Origin: a virus
Lineage: Duplodnaviria; Caudoviricetes
Virus record (IMG/VR): IMGVR_UViG_3300035425_000025
Location: 10,103-74,102 of that record
Direction: 5' to 3' (one strand)
Length of the DNA stretch: 64,000 nucleotides
Below, in pieces: positions 50,799 to 61,100 of this stretch. The position numbers and the translations under genes are program-made. The stretch's first letter is position 1. Each line of letters starts with the position of its first letter. The notes under the pieces were generated by a model. It made no database searches, was not told where the DNA came from, and was given only the letters and a program-made list of their open reading frames with translations.

Positions 50799-51416
50799 AT
50801 GGACTATGTAATTAAAAATCATAAAGGGGTGTATATAAGGCTAAATCAAAATGGTGCCCCTGTTACATGTGCGGAACATGAAAAAACATTATTTGAGCAG
50901 TCAAAAGCAAAGAATATTTTTGATAGTTTGCCAAAAACATTGAAAAGATTAAATTTTAAGGTAGAACCTATTTTGGATGTTGGGCAAAATAAATTAAATT
51001 CATCCGAGGATAGAAAAACAATAAAAAATGAAAATTACATAATTCCTGATCAAATCACACAATGGATTGAGAAATTTGGAATATGTGATGACATATTGAA
51101 AGAAGCGCAAAAGAGAAAAGAAGAACTGGTCAGATTATTATCTGATGCAGATAAAGAATTTAGTAATATGGTACATAAAGTTGAACTCGAAGAAAAAATA
51201 GATATGTACGGTGCTTGGGAAGAGAGAAATAAGTGGAGAAAGAATAGAAGAAAGAGAAGAGAAATAAAAGATGAGTTACTAATTATTTCAAATGTATTGA
51301 AAATGGATTTTAGAAATCTTGATAGAAGTACCATTGATAAAGTTGTTAGAGGACTAGCAAAAAGAAAATTTACATATCGAGTAGTCGAAGAGGAGGAAAC
51401 AGAAAATGTTGTGTAA
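50799..51416 (+). CDS. hypothetical coiled-coil protein
   Basis: ORF track. Confidence 0.7.
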   Translation: MDYVIKNHKGVYIRLNQNGAPVTCAEHEKTLFEQSKAKNIFDSLPKTLKRLNFKVEPILDVGQNKLNSSEDRKTIKNENYIIPDQITQWIEKFGICDDILKEAQKRKEELVRLLSDADKEFSNMVHKVELEEKIDMYGAWEERNKWRKNRRKRREIKDELLIISNVLKMDFRNLDRSTIDKVVRGLAKRKFTYRVVEEEETENVV

Positions 51417-51588
51417 AAGATGTATGACTGTAATGGCAACTGGCACTACATATGAGCAAAGAAGAGATGGTAAATCTTCAGCAAGAAGGTTTCACGAATG
51501 TAAAAGGTGTCATGATAAGGTTTATACAAAAGAACCAAATTTTCAGGAATGTATGAATAAGACATCAGATAGATGTAGAAATAAATAA
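51406..51588 (+). CDS. Zn-ribbon protein
   Basis: CKRC...CKRC. Confidence 0.65.
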   Translation: MLCKRCMTVMATGTTYEQRRDGKSSARRFHECKRCHDKVYTKEPNFQECMNKTSDRCRNK

Positions 51589-51615
51589 TACATAATTATT
51601 GAGAGGTGTATCAAT

Positions 51616-52194
51616 ATGGATGAGATATTAATTACATATTATTCAAACAATGCAAAAAAACTTCATAAGATAGTTGATAGGATTTTATTAAAATTTGGCG
51701 GTTTATCAGACAAAGATTTGGATGATTTTTATTCATTGGCAAATGAAGTGTTTGTAGATGTAATGGCAAGATACGATGATTCCCAGTCATTTGATGCCTT
51801 TCTGTATTCATGCTTATTAAATAAGGTTAAGACAGAAATGACAAGAAGAAATTGTGAAAAACGTAAAGCAGATAGAATGTCGATTTCAATTGATGCACCG
51901 ATTGGTGATGATGAAAATTCTACTATAGGAGATATTATTGCATCTGATTTCTCTATTGAGAAAGAATTATTTGAAAAAGATAAAAGAGAAGAATGGAGTG
52001 AAGAGGCAAATAGGTATCTTGATAGTTTATCTCCTTTACAGAGGAAAATAGCTTTTCTCTTGTCGGATAACAATACTCCTAATGAAATATGTGAAGAATT
52101 ACATATTACACTAAAACATTTCGAAAATTCTATGAAAAGAATTTTGGCAGATGAGCGAATTAAGTCACTTAGACCATTAGTAGAAAGGATATAA
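51616..52194 (+). CDS. sigma-70-family factor
   Basis: DLDDFYSLANEVFVD...FDAFLYSCLLNKVKTE; SIDAPIG; region-4 HTH. Confidence 0.75.
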   Translation: MDEILITYYSNNAKKLHKIVDRILLKFGGLSDKDLDDFYSLANEVFVDVMARYDDSQSFDAFLYSCLLNKVKTEMTRRNCEKRKADRMSISIDAPIGDDENSTIGDIIASDFSIEKELFEKDKREEWSEEANRYLDSLSPLQRKIAFLLSDNNTPNEICEELHITLKHFENSMKRILADERIKSLRPLVERI

Positions 52195-52199
52195 GAATC

Positions 52200-53651
52200 A
52201 TGAAATTATTAAGAGATAAAATTAAAAGAGATACATACATGGTATCTAAACTTTCTGGAATGATTAATAGGGGAGATTTAAGGGATAATCATCCTCAACA
52301 AAGAAAATCAGGGCAGTGGGATAATAATACTCGTGATAATTTCATTGTTACGGTTATTAAAAATGAAGATTTTGATCCAATTAAGATATGTGAGCAACTT
52401 ACAGATCAAGGTGTTGTACTTTGGCTAATTGATGGTCTTCAGCGTTCTACTACTATTGCTAATTATAAAGCTGGGAAATTCGCTTTGGGGAGGAAAATAG
52501 ACCCATATATAATTGAATACCAAGAGGCAATAAAGGGAAAAGATGGAGAGATTGTATATCAAAATGTTTCTTACGATTTACGTGGAAAGGGATATAAAGA
52601 ACTTCCAGATAAATTAAAAGAAGATTTTGATAACTGCCCTGTAGATATTGTAAAGCATTTGGATTGTACTGACGAAGAAGTTGGGCGACACATTGTCAGA
52701 TATAATTCTGGAAGACCTATGGTCACGGCTCAAAAAATATCTGCTTATATGCATAATACGGCAAAATATGTAAAAGAGTTATCTGGGCACGCATTCTTTA
52801 ATGATTGTGCAAATTATTCAGAAAATGCAGATAGAAATGGAACTGTGGATAAAGTTGTATCAGAGGCAATTATGGGATTGAATTTTTTTGATTCATGGAA
52901 TAAGCAGGCACAAAAAATTGGAAAACATTTAAATGATAACGCAACAAAAGAAATGTTTGATAATTTTGGCTCTTACTTAGACAGGCTGCTTAATGTAATA
53001 ACTCCTCAAACGGGGAAATTGTTCTCAACTAAAAATGCACTTATTTGGTTTATGCTCTTTGAAAGATTTAGTAAAAGAGAATTGAAAGATAATGTCTTCC
53101 AGATGTTTTTAGAGAATTATGAAGAATTTAAAAGAATAAAAGTAAAAATTGACCGTGAATATGAATTAGTAAAAGGGAGTGGGGAATACACAAATAATCT
53201 TTCCTTTGCAGAACTTGATGGATGTAAATCTACAAAAGATAAAGGGATAATCGAGGATAAATTACATATTTTAGAAGTTGTTATGGACGATTTTATACAA
53301 AATAATTGTATCAGTGAAGAAGGTGATATAGAAAATCAAACAATTACGGCAAAAGATATTATTAAAGAATATGTGAATGGCAATGTGGATGATGATGAAA
53401 TTGAGTTATATGAAATGATGACAGATGACTTTTCGGAAGTCATAGAAGACATTAATTCTGATTTTTTATCTGATGTAAATAGACCATCATTTGTTGCACT
53501 GGTTGGATATGCTGATCAATTAGGGAAGAGTGAATTATTAAATGAGTGGCTACCTAAGTTTGAAAAAGATCAGAATTTAATTATGAATCAAAAACGTAAT
53601 TTTATACATATGAAAAAGGATTTTGAGCAGTATCTTAAAAAATGTGCATAG
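52200..53651 (+). CDS. DUF262/ParB-like domain protein
   Basis: QRKSGQWD...LIDGLQRSTTI...RYNSG. Confidence 0.75.
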   Translation: MKLLRDKIKRDTYMVSKLSGMINRGDLRDNHPQQRKSGQWDNNTRDNFIVTVIKNEDFDPIKICEQLTDQGVVLWLIDGLQRSTTIANYKAGKFALGRKIDPYIIEYQEAIKGKDGEIVYQNVSYDLRGKGYKELPDKLKEDFDNCPVDIVKHLDCTDEEVGRHIVRYNSGRPMVTAQKISAYMHNTAKYVKELSGHAFFNDCANYSENADRNGTVDKVVSEAIMGLNFFDSWNKQAQKIGKHLNDNATKEMFDNFGSYLDRLLNVITPQTGKLFSTKNALIWFMLFERFSKRELKDNVFQMFLENYEEFKRIKVKIDREYELVKGSGEYTNNLSFAELDGCKSTKDKGIIEDKLHILEVVMDDFIQNNCISEEGDIENQTITAKDIIKEYVNGNVDDDEIELYEMMTDDFSEVIEDINSDFLSDVNRPSFVALVGYADQLGKSELLNEWLPKFEKDQNLIMNQKRNFIHMKKDFEQYLKKCA

Positions 53652-53793
53652 AGGAGGATGGGTAAATGGCGGTTATTATTAATTTCCAGAAATATGTTAA
53701 TTCAAGAAAAAAGAAAGGTGAAGATGTAAAAGTAAACAAAACTTCAAAAGAAATGTGTGAAATTATTTATTTTAACAAGGAGGATGTTAGTTT

Positions 53794-54345
53794 ATGAGAT
53801 ACATAAGTGATGATGGTAAGGTTTTTAACACAGAGCAGGAATGCTGTGAATATGAACGGGGAATTGAAGTAGAAAAAGTAAAAAGAGAAAAGTTAGAAAA
53901 GGAACGTCAGAGTAGGTTAGATACAATCAATAAGAGATACGAAGAGTTACAGACTCTGCTTTCTGAGTATGAGAAAGAGTATGGTGTAAGGCAAAGACCA
54001 TATGTTGCTCCATTTTATGAGATTTTAGACATGCTGTGTGGGTAATAAATGCCGCATTTCATTGTGGAAATTGGAGGAAATTTTATGAAGATATATTTTG
54101 GAATTGATTGTGCTCCTGGTGGTATCAGACCTAATACATATGCTGAGAGAGTTTTTGAGAAATTAGGGATTAATTCAATAGAAGCATATAATAAATGTTT
54201 TGGTGCGTGGGAGTGGGAAGTAGATGTTGATGATAATTTTGATTATGAATCTTTCAAAACGTGGATGAAGGCAGAAATGGATGAACTATATAAAGCAGGT
54301 CGTATTCGTGGTGCGCAATGGGATAAAGTAGAAACGGAGAAATAG
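53794..54345 (+). other. two hypothetical genes (53794, 54049/54085)
   Basis: ORF track; RBSs. Confidence 0.65.
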
Positions 54346-54346
54346 T

Positions 54347-54458
54347 ATGAGTGATAAAAAGATGAAAAGAGATGATTTAGGGAAATCGTATGAAAACATT
54401 TTATGAGAAGATTCCTAATACAAGATTAATGAGAAGGAATATTTTAAGAATTGAGTAA
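54347..54458 (+). pseudogene. 5' remnant of a Thg1-like gene with 1-nt insertion
   Basis: MKRDDLG/NRMKTFYEKIPNTRLMRR across GGG-AAA-T; stop overlaps LAGLIDADG start. Confidence 0.65.
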
Positions 54459-55527
54459 AAGAATTATTTTGGACAAAAATGAGCTGCACCAAAAATATGT
54501 AGTGGAGAAATTATCACAAGCTAAAACTGCAAAATACTTTAATTGTTCTATTGACACTGTTGTAAGAAACTTAAAAGATTATGGGATAAAAGCTCATAAA
54601 CAAGGATCTTGGCGTGTTTCAAATAGAGTAGAATTGTCAGAATATCAAAGAAATAAGTTATGTGGTGCACTATTAGGCGATGGTAGTCTGATAAAGTGTA
54701 AGAACGGTATAAATGCACAGTTTACATATGTTTCAAAATCAAAGCAACATGTTGAGTTTGTATGTAAGGATTTTATAGATTATTCATATAAAGAGGGAAT
54801 AAGAAAGTATGAATATATTGATAAAAGAACAAAGAAGCAGTATTTACGGTATACGTTTAGAACGATTACAGATCAAGGATTTACTGCTGAATATTATAGG
54901 TGGTATAAAAATGGAATTAAGCATATTCCAGAAGATTTAATTTTAAATCCCTTAATATGTTTAATTTGGTATATAGGAGATGGTAGCATATGCAACTCTT
55001 CTAAAAATAATAGTCAATGTATAAAAATTGCCACTAATTGTTTTGATAAAAACGAGCAAGAAAGAATTTTACTTCCTCAATTATCTGATTTTGGTGCAAG
55101 ATTATGTAAGGCTGGCAAAAATAAATCAACTAACAAATATCAATATGCAATTTACATTCCTAAAAAGAAAATGGAACAGTTCTTTGAATTTATTGGAGAA
55201 TGTCCATTTCCTGATTATAAATATAAATGGGATTATAAAGAGAAATTTTATCCATCTTATGAAGATTATTATGAAGAATGGAAAAAGTTGTATTTAAATG
55301 GAATGGGTTACACGCATATTGCTAGATTATATGGAGCAGATAATACAACAGTTCTAAAATATTTAAGAAAAGTTGGAATATATAAGAGATTTGAGGGATA
55401 CAAGCAATTTTATAAGGAATGGGAAGATATGTTTATTTCTGGAATGAAATACTATGATATAGCCAAAAAATATAATTGCTGTTCTCAAACCGTATTACAT
55501 CATTTAAGACAAGTAAATTTATTTTAG
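54451..55527 (+). CDS. LAGLIDADG homing endonuclease with flanking HTH domains
   Basis: LCGALLGDGSL and IWYIGDGS motifs; KIATNCF. Confidence 0.85.
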   Translation: MSKRIILDKNELHQKYVVEKLSQAKTAKYFNCSIDTVVRNLKDYGIKAHKQGSWRVSNRVELSEYQRNKLCGALLGDGSLIKCKNGINAQFTYVSKSKQHVEFVCKDFIDYSYKEGIRKYEYIDKRTKKQYLRYTFRTITDQGFTAEYYRWYKNGIKHIPEDLILNPLICLIWYIGDGSICNSSKNNSQCIKIATNCFDKNEQERILLPQLSDFGARLCKAGKNKSTNKYQYAIYIPKKKMEQFFEFIGECPFPDYKYKWDYKEKFYPSYEDYYEEWKKLYLNGMGYTHIARLYGADNTTVLKYLRKVGIYKRFEGYKQFYKEWEDMFISGMKYYDIAKKYNCCSQTVLHHLRQVNLF

Positions 55528-55548
55528 AAAAGAAAGGAGTTATACAGG

Positions 55549-56365
55549 ATGGACAATAGTAATATTGCAAAACGAATGAAAAAATATGAAGCAGTACATA
55601 AAAGTGTATTGATGAATCGTATGCCAGTCATCCTTCGTCTTTGACGGCAAGGCATTTCATACGTTCACCAGAGGATTTAAAAGACCATTTGATGATGTTC
55701 TTATTATGACAATGCAGGAAACAGCAAAATATCTCTGTGAAAATATTCAGGGATGTCAATTAGCGTATGTTCAATCGGACGAAATCTCTTTGTTGTTAAT
55801 TGATTACCAGAGATTTGAAACATCGGCATGGTTTGATTATGAAATGCAGAAAATGTGTAGTATTTCTGCAAGTATGGCAACTATGGCGTTCAATAAGATT
55901 TTCCGTGACATGGTAGGAGAATTGCACATTAAGGGATCGTTGGAAGAAGAGTATTCTTGCATTCTATATAGGGCAGCACAGAAAGGAGCCATGTTTGATG
56001 CCAGAGTCTTTAATATTCCAAAAGAAGAAACATGTAATTACTTCTATTGGCGACAACTTGACGCTTCTAGGAATAGTATTCAGATGGTAGGACAAGCAAA
56101 TTTCAGTCATAAGGAGTTACAGTTTAAATCTTGTAATGACATTCAGGATATGCTCATGACTCAGAAAGGTATTAATTGGAATGACTTTCCTACATATCAG
56201 AAGCGTGGGAGCTGCGTTTTAAAGGAAAATTATCTTGATGCCACACCAGAATCTACAGATTCAGAAACGATTAGAAACCGTTGGATCATTGATAAAAATA
56301 TTCCGATTTTTAAGGGTGAAAACAGAGAATATATTGAACGGTTTGTGAATGTAGGAGAGGAGTAG
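55549..56365 (+). pseudogene. thg1: tRNA-His guanylyltransferase (Thg1-like), +1 frameshift at 55639-55645 (CTT TGA C)
   Basis: PVILRL / DGKAFHTFTRGFKRPFD...YVQSDEISLL...AMFDARVF...YFYWRQLDASRNS; 271 aa if shifted. Confidence 0.85.
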
Positions 56366-56367
56366 TT

Positions 56368-57005
56368 ATGAGTCTTACAATGTTACAGTTTAAAGAAGTA
56401 GCGAAAGATATTTTGGATTTAGAAGAAAAGAAAAATCTGATACTTTCCAACTTTGAGGAATCAACATGTGAATTGTCTAAGTGTTTTCATTGGATTATGG
56501 AAGCAGAATTAGATGGTAGAAATCATACATGTCTTACTGTTGATACATGTCCAGAGTTATATGCAAAAGAATTAGAGAATATGGGATTTGTTATAGAAGA
56601 GCAAAGAAATGTTTTTGATACTCTTTGCGGATATGATATTAAATGGCGATGAAACTAACATTTTAAGTTGAGAAAGGATAAAAAATAATGGGAAGGTTAA
56701 AAGATTTTATTGGAGAATCAAACTCAGAAATAGTGAATCATCTCGTAAAAGCAGGTTTTAAATATGATACTTTTGTGTGTGGTGGCAATTATGGTTATCA
56801 AAAAGGATTTAAAGTAGATAGTGGGTTATATTACACATATATACATTGCGATTTAGAAAGTAGAAAATTAAATGTTTATAAGGAATATAATTGTGGTGGA
56901 GAAGTTGCATCATATAGTTGTGATATTCCTGATCGTTTGATAGAAAATGATGATGTTAATGAGTTCATTGAGTGGATTGATGAAGAAACAGAGTACTATT
57001 TATAA
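56368..57005 (+). other. two hypothetical genes (56368, 56688)
   Basis: ORF track; RBSs. Confidence 0.7.
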
Positions 57006-57009
57006 ATAA

Positions 57010-57530
57010 AAACAGTCGTTGGCGAAAGATAAACGCATTTAAGACAATAATATGCTCACGATAGGTAACGCTTACATAAAGGTAAGTATTCCGAGACAGG
57101 TAATCGGCTTCAGCATATGAAGTATCTGAACTGTGCATGAGTGCTGGAGGAGTGAAAGGCTCACCACGACTGAAAGATCAAAAACTTGTAGGTGGATATA
57201 ATGAAACCTTCTGAACGAATAATTTCGAGGGCACTGGCTGATTGTGCACGATCAGGGATTTACGGATGACCAGTGGTTGAGTTGTGGGAAGGCTTATTAA
57301 AAAATAAATGAGAAAGTATAGGCGGTACATCGTTGGTGATGAGTAATGCTGTCTATACCAGAAAATTATTGCTGGAGTGGGTAAGAGCATACAAGAACAC
57401 CTACCAGAGATTTCCGTTAAACTGACGGCGTGGCGGTGTGAGTATAAAAATATTTGTGTATGTATTTGCTGAAGCGGTACAGAAGAATATCCTATAGGTG
57501 AAATTCCTATAGCAGCTTTTATATAAGACA
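57010..57530 (+). ncRNA. candidate ~520-nt highly structured ncRNA
   Basis: GC-richer than flanks; nested stems (AGTCGT/ACGACT, CACTGG/CCAGTG, CTGAT/ATCAG, ATAGGCGGTA/TGCTGTCTAT, CTATAGG/CCTATAG); no credible ORF. Confidence 0.6.
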
Positions 57531-57559
57531 ATGAAAAATTCATTTTATGGAGATGAAAT

Positions 57560-57874
57560 ATGATTTTATTGTTAGGTAAAAATGATTTGGTAGAAAATTA
57601 TGCGGATTCTACATTACATATTGATATGAGAAACGATATTGTATATTACCCAAATAAAGAAACACATCATACAGAATTGTATAAATATGTCAATATTGCA
57701 AAAGAAGAAAAACCTCCTGTAATTACAACGCAGAATTTAGAAATGATAAATGTTTTATTAGATTCTGACTTAGATTTTTCTGTATATACAGTTTATGAAA
57801 ATAATAAAGTCAGAAAAATGTCAAAACAGGAAGCAATAAATGCAAGTAGGAATTTAGGAATAGAACTACGATGA
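57560..57874 (+). CDS. hypothetical protein
   Basis: ORF track. Confidence 0.65.
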   Translation: MILLLGKNDLVENYADSTLHIDMRNDIVYYPNKETHHTELYKYVNIAKEEKPPVITTQNLEMINVLLDSDLDFSVYTVYENNKVRKMSKQEAINASRNLGIELR

Positions 57875-57915
57875 ATATTTGATTTCAACTTAGTAAAGAA
57901 AGGAAAAAATAAAAT

Positions 57916-58209
57916 ATGAGAGAGACAGGTATAATTCGTAGAATAGATGACTTAGGCAGAGTTGTTATTCCGAGAGAAATTAGAAAGCAATTTTTGATCA
58001 AAGAAGGAGATCAGCTTGAAATTTTTGTAAACAAGGATGAAATCATATTAAAAAAATATGATGTATCTATTGGGATGAAAGAACTTGTAAGAAGATTGGA
58101 TGATGAGTTTTCTGATGTTAAGGGCGATATGGAAACAGAAATAGCAAATAATATTTATAAACATATCAGTGCCTTGAAAGATATTTTAAAGAATATGGAT
58201 AATCAATAA
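57916..58209 (+). CDS. AbrB/SpoVT-type DNA-binding protein
   Basis: TGIIRRIDDLGRVVIPREIRKQFLIKEGDQLEIF. Confidence 0.9.
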   Translation: MRETGIIRRIDDLGRVVIPREIRKQFLIKEGDQLEIFVNKDEIILKKYDVSIGMKELVRRLDDEFSDVKGDMETEIANNIYKHISALKDILKNMDNQ

Positions 58210-58318
58210 AGTTACTATTGCTAATTTAGTGGTATTTCTGGTATAACCACCTCTGCTCATTATCGGCTAGGCCGTGAATTGTAACTTATAGTTTAAAGAA
58301 AATTGGAGGAAATATGAT

Positions 58319-58720
58319 ATGGATAACAACATTCCAGTATATGATTATGAAGATGCAATCAACTTTATTGCAGAAAGATGCGATATCAGTAAGGATATCA
58401 TTGAAAAGGTTTTAACGTTGGAAGAGGATTACATGCGCAGCATTGGAATTATAAGTGATGAAGAACAGCCATAGAATGAAACTTTCAAGTGGATAGAGGT
58501 GATAGTAGTGGAATGTCCGTATTGCGGAGAAGAATTAAGGTGTATTGATTATTATGGACATACAAGGTATTCAGAACATTATTGGATATATCCTCATAGT
58601 TGGATAGAAAAAGAAGGCGATATTTATCAATGTCAGAATGAGGAATGTGAGAGTCAGGTATTCAATGGACATTTTTACGATCGCTGTGATGGTGATTTAA
58701 GAGAAGGGTATCCATGTTGA
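58319..58720 (+). other. two small genes (58319-58474; 58499-58720 Zn-ribbon)
   Basis: RBSs; CPYCG...C...C. Confidence 0.6.
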
Positions 58721-58837
58721 AAAGGAAAGTATATATTAAAAGACAAATAGAATTAGTGCTTAAACGATTATTTTGTAAAAGAGAACTGTTGTACAGAATG
58801 ATTAATATAACAGTTCTCTCTGATACTTAAATAATTT

Positions 58838-59497
58838 TTAAAATAATTTGCTGAGTGAAGAAATTAATTCCAGAAATGTAGGTGTAGAAGATATAATTCC
58901 AGAAATATTAGCGGCTAGAGAAAGAAAATCTGTGACAGATGATTTAAAAGATTTATTATCACTTGATTCTATCGCTTCAATGATTTTATCTAGTCGCTCA
59001 ATAATTTCATTATTAGTATTAGGGATATTATTGCGTGTTACTAATATACGGTGTTGTAGAGTATCATCTTGTTCTAATTCTCCAAACATCATATCTGGAT
59101 TATCAAGTATGTTTTTTAAAGCAATTGCGAATTCCAATGGTGGGTAATATTCTTTGCGACAGTAAGCAACAGATTCGTCTTGTGAAAACCATTCTACAGC
59201 TTCTGGAAGTGTAGAATATGTTAAAGCGATAAGTTTAGCATCATTTCCATTATCACGAATTTTTTTGCATAAAGCAAGACCTGTTTTATTATCATGATCA
59301 CTATCAATTTCATCAAAAAGATTCTTGGCTGATAAGCGTATATCACAGATTATAGCATCATAATCACTATTGATGGTTTTTGAGTAAAATAATTCTATAT
59401 CTGATGTGCTATCAACAATAAACCCAGATTCTTTTAGAAAATTAGAATAATCAGATAATCTAAATTCATCGTCATCAATCATTAGTATTTTATACAT
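58838..59497 (-). CDS. stand-alone response-regulator receiver-domain protein (inverted)
   Basis: KILMIDDDE...DAIICDIRL...TGLALC...LIALT...YCRK; own RBS; terminator at 58780-58819. Confidence 0.8.
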   Translation of the reverse strand: MYKILMIDDDEFRLSDYSNFLKESGFIVDSTSDIELFYSKTINSDYDAIICDIRLSAKNLFDEIDSDHDNKTGLALCKKIRDNGNDAKLIALTYSTLPEAVEWFSQDESVAYCRKEYYPPLEFAIALKNILDNPDMMFGELEQDDTLQHRILVTRNNIPNTNNEIIERLDKIIEAIESSDNKSFKSSVTDFLSLAANISGIISSTPTFLELISSLSKLF

Positions 59498-59587
59498 ATA
59501 TTTATCCTCCTTTTTATTATTATAGCAGGAAAAGGAGTAAGTGGATACAGAAAATGGAAAGAAATAAAACACGAGTTTCAAAGAAAA

Positions 59588-60298
59588 GTGGAGAAATGTA
59601 TGAAAATAAAAATTGAATATTGTTTCTATACAGATGGTGATTATAGTCTAAGAAATTATAATAATTTTGGTTGTACTGGTAGAGAAATTGAAATAGAAGA
59701 TGAATATTTTGATTATATTGGAGTTGTCAATTTAGATAATGATGAAACTTGGAGATGTAAGCATGATGCCAAAAACTTTTTGACACAGTTACTATGTGAC
59801 GGAATTCATATTTCATATACACATTATTGGTTAATGGAAGAATTTTATAATATTATTGAATCTTTAATAAATTTTATAGATAAAAATGATTCTGGAGAGA
59901 TTTGTAAAAACTTATCAGGAAATTATGAAGGAACAAGAATCGATGTATATATCTACAATTAGTATATAAAATTTCCGTTTTAACTGGAGGTGAGGCTTAT
60001 GGAAAAAGCGATACATTTTTATGAGTATGATCCTGATATGCCTATTTTCCATTGTTGGGAAACAACAAAAAATCAATTGAGAATGGGTAAAAGTACGATA
60101 AATACTATGCAAATGGGTTTTTTGCATACAAGACTTTTTGATCTTGGGTACAGGATTTTTATTCATGAATCTGAAAATGAGTTCTATGAAATTGTTCTCG
60201 GTTGTGAAAATGAAAGAACAAATAGAGAAATAAAAATGGGACATAACTTATTTAAAATGTGGGAATCTGGTGAATTTAATAGGAGATTGAAAAGATGA
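59588..60298 (+). other. two hypothetical genes (59588, 59990)
   Basis: ORF track. Confidence 0.65.
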
Positions 60299-60738
60299 CT
60301 TATATAGAAAAAGTAAGAGATTTATTTTCTGTTCCAGAGGATTATTATTTAGCACATTGTATAAGTGCTGATTTTGGGATGGGAAAAGGTATAGTTGTTG
60401 AGTTTAATAAGCGATTTGATATGAAAAATAAATTACATACTAAAGATCCCGATTATTTGGATCGTTATAATCGACATAGAATTGGTGGCGATTGTATTTT
60501 AGAGGGACGAGTGCTTAATCTCGTTACGAAAGAAAGATATTTTCATAAGCCAACGATTATTACTATGAGAATTGCTTTGCAGAAAATGAAGAAAATATGC
60601 ATAGAGAATAACATTATTAAAGTTGCTATGCCAACTATCGGAGCAGGATTAGATAGACTTGCTTGGAGTTCTGTGTCGGATCAGATTCATATGATATTTA
60701 GTGACACAGACATAGAAATTTTAGTATGTAAACTTTAG
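60295..60738 (+). CDS. macrodomain protein (Poa1/DarG-like ADP-ribose hydrolase)
   Basis: LAHCISADFGMGKGI...NLVTKERY...MPTIGAGLDRL. Confidence 0.85.
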   Translation: MTYIEKVRDLFSVPEDYYLAHCISADFGMGKGIVVEFNKRFDMKNKLHTKDPDYLDRYNRHRIGGDCILEGRVLNLVTKERYFHKPTIITMRIALQKMKKICIENNIIKVAMPTIGAGLDRLAWSSVSDQIHMIFSDTDIEILVCKL

Positions 60739-60747
60739 GATTCTTGA

Positions 60748-61056
60748 ATGAGGAAACTTATGAAATTATTTAAAAACTTTAAAACAAAACGACAACTTAG
60801 AGAAGAAATTGCGGAATTAAAAGGTATGTTATGTCCACAAAGACCACAGATACATACTATAGATCGAGAAATACAGAAGGTATCGTCTGATATAGTCTTT
60901 GATAATAATGAGTCGATAGAACATATAAAAGAACAAATTGCGCATGGAATGGTTGAATTCTTAAAACCGCTTATAGAGTGGGATATTGAAGACGATAAAA
61001 CCAATCCATTTAAGAAACGAATACGAGGTAATATATATTTGGCAAAGAAAAAGTAG
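60748..61056 (+). CDS. hypothetical protein
   Basis: ORF track. Confidence 0.65.
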   Translation: MRKLMKLFKNFKTKRQLREEIAELKGMLCPQRPQIHTIDREIQKVSSDIVFDNNESIEHIKEQIAHGMVEFLKPLIEWDIEDDKTNPFKKRIRGNIYLAKKK

Positions 61057-61100
61057 CAATAAAACGAAGGTTTCATTGATAGAAGATTGGAGGTGAAAAA

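Noticed and set aside
54430-55645. Group I intron splicing the two Thg1 pieces
   Set aside because: No P4/P7 core sequences or room for a ribozyme; the downstream copy has its own RBS and full N-terminus
57178-57543. 121-aa minus-strand ORF
   Set aside because: Antisense shadow of the structured tract; no RBS or recognisable motifs
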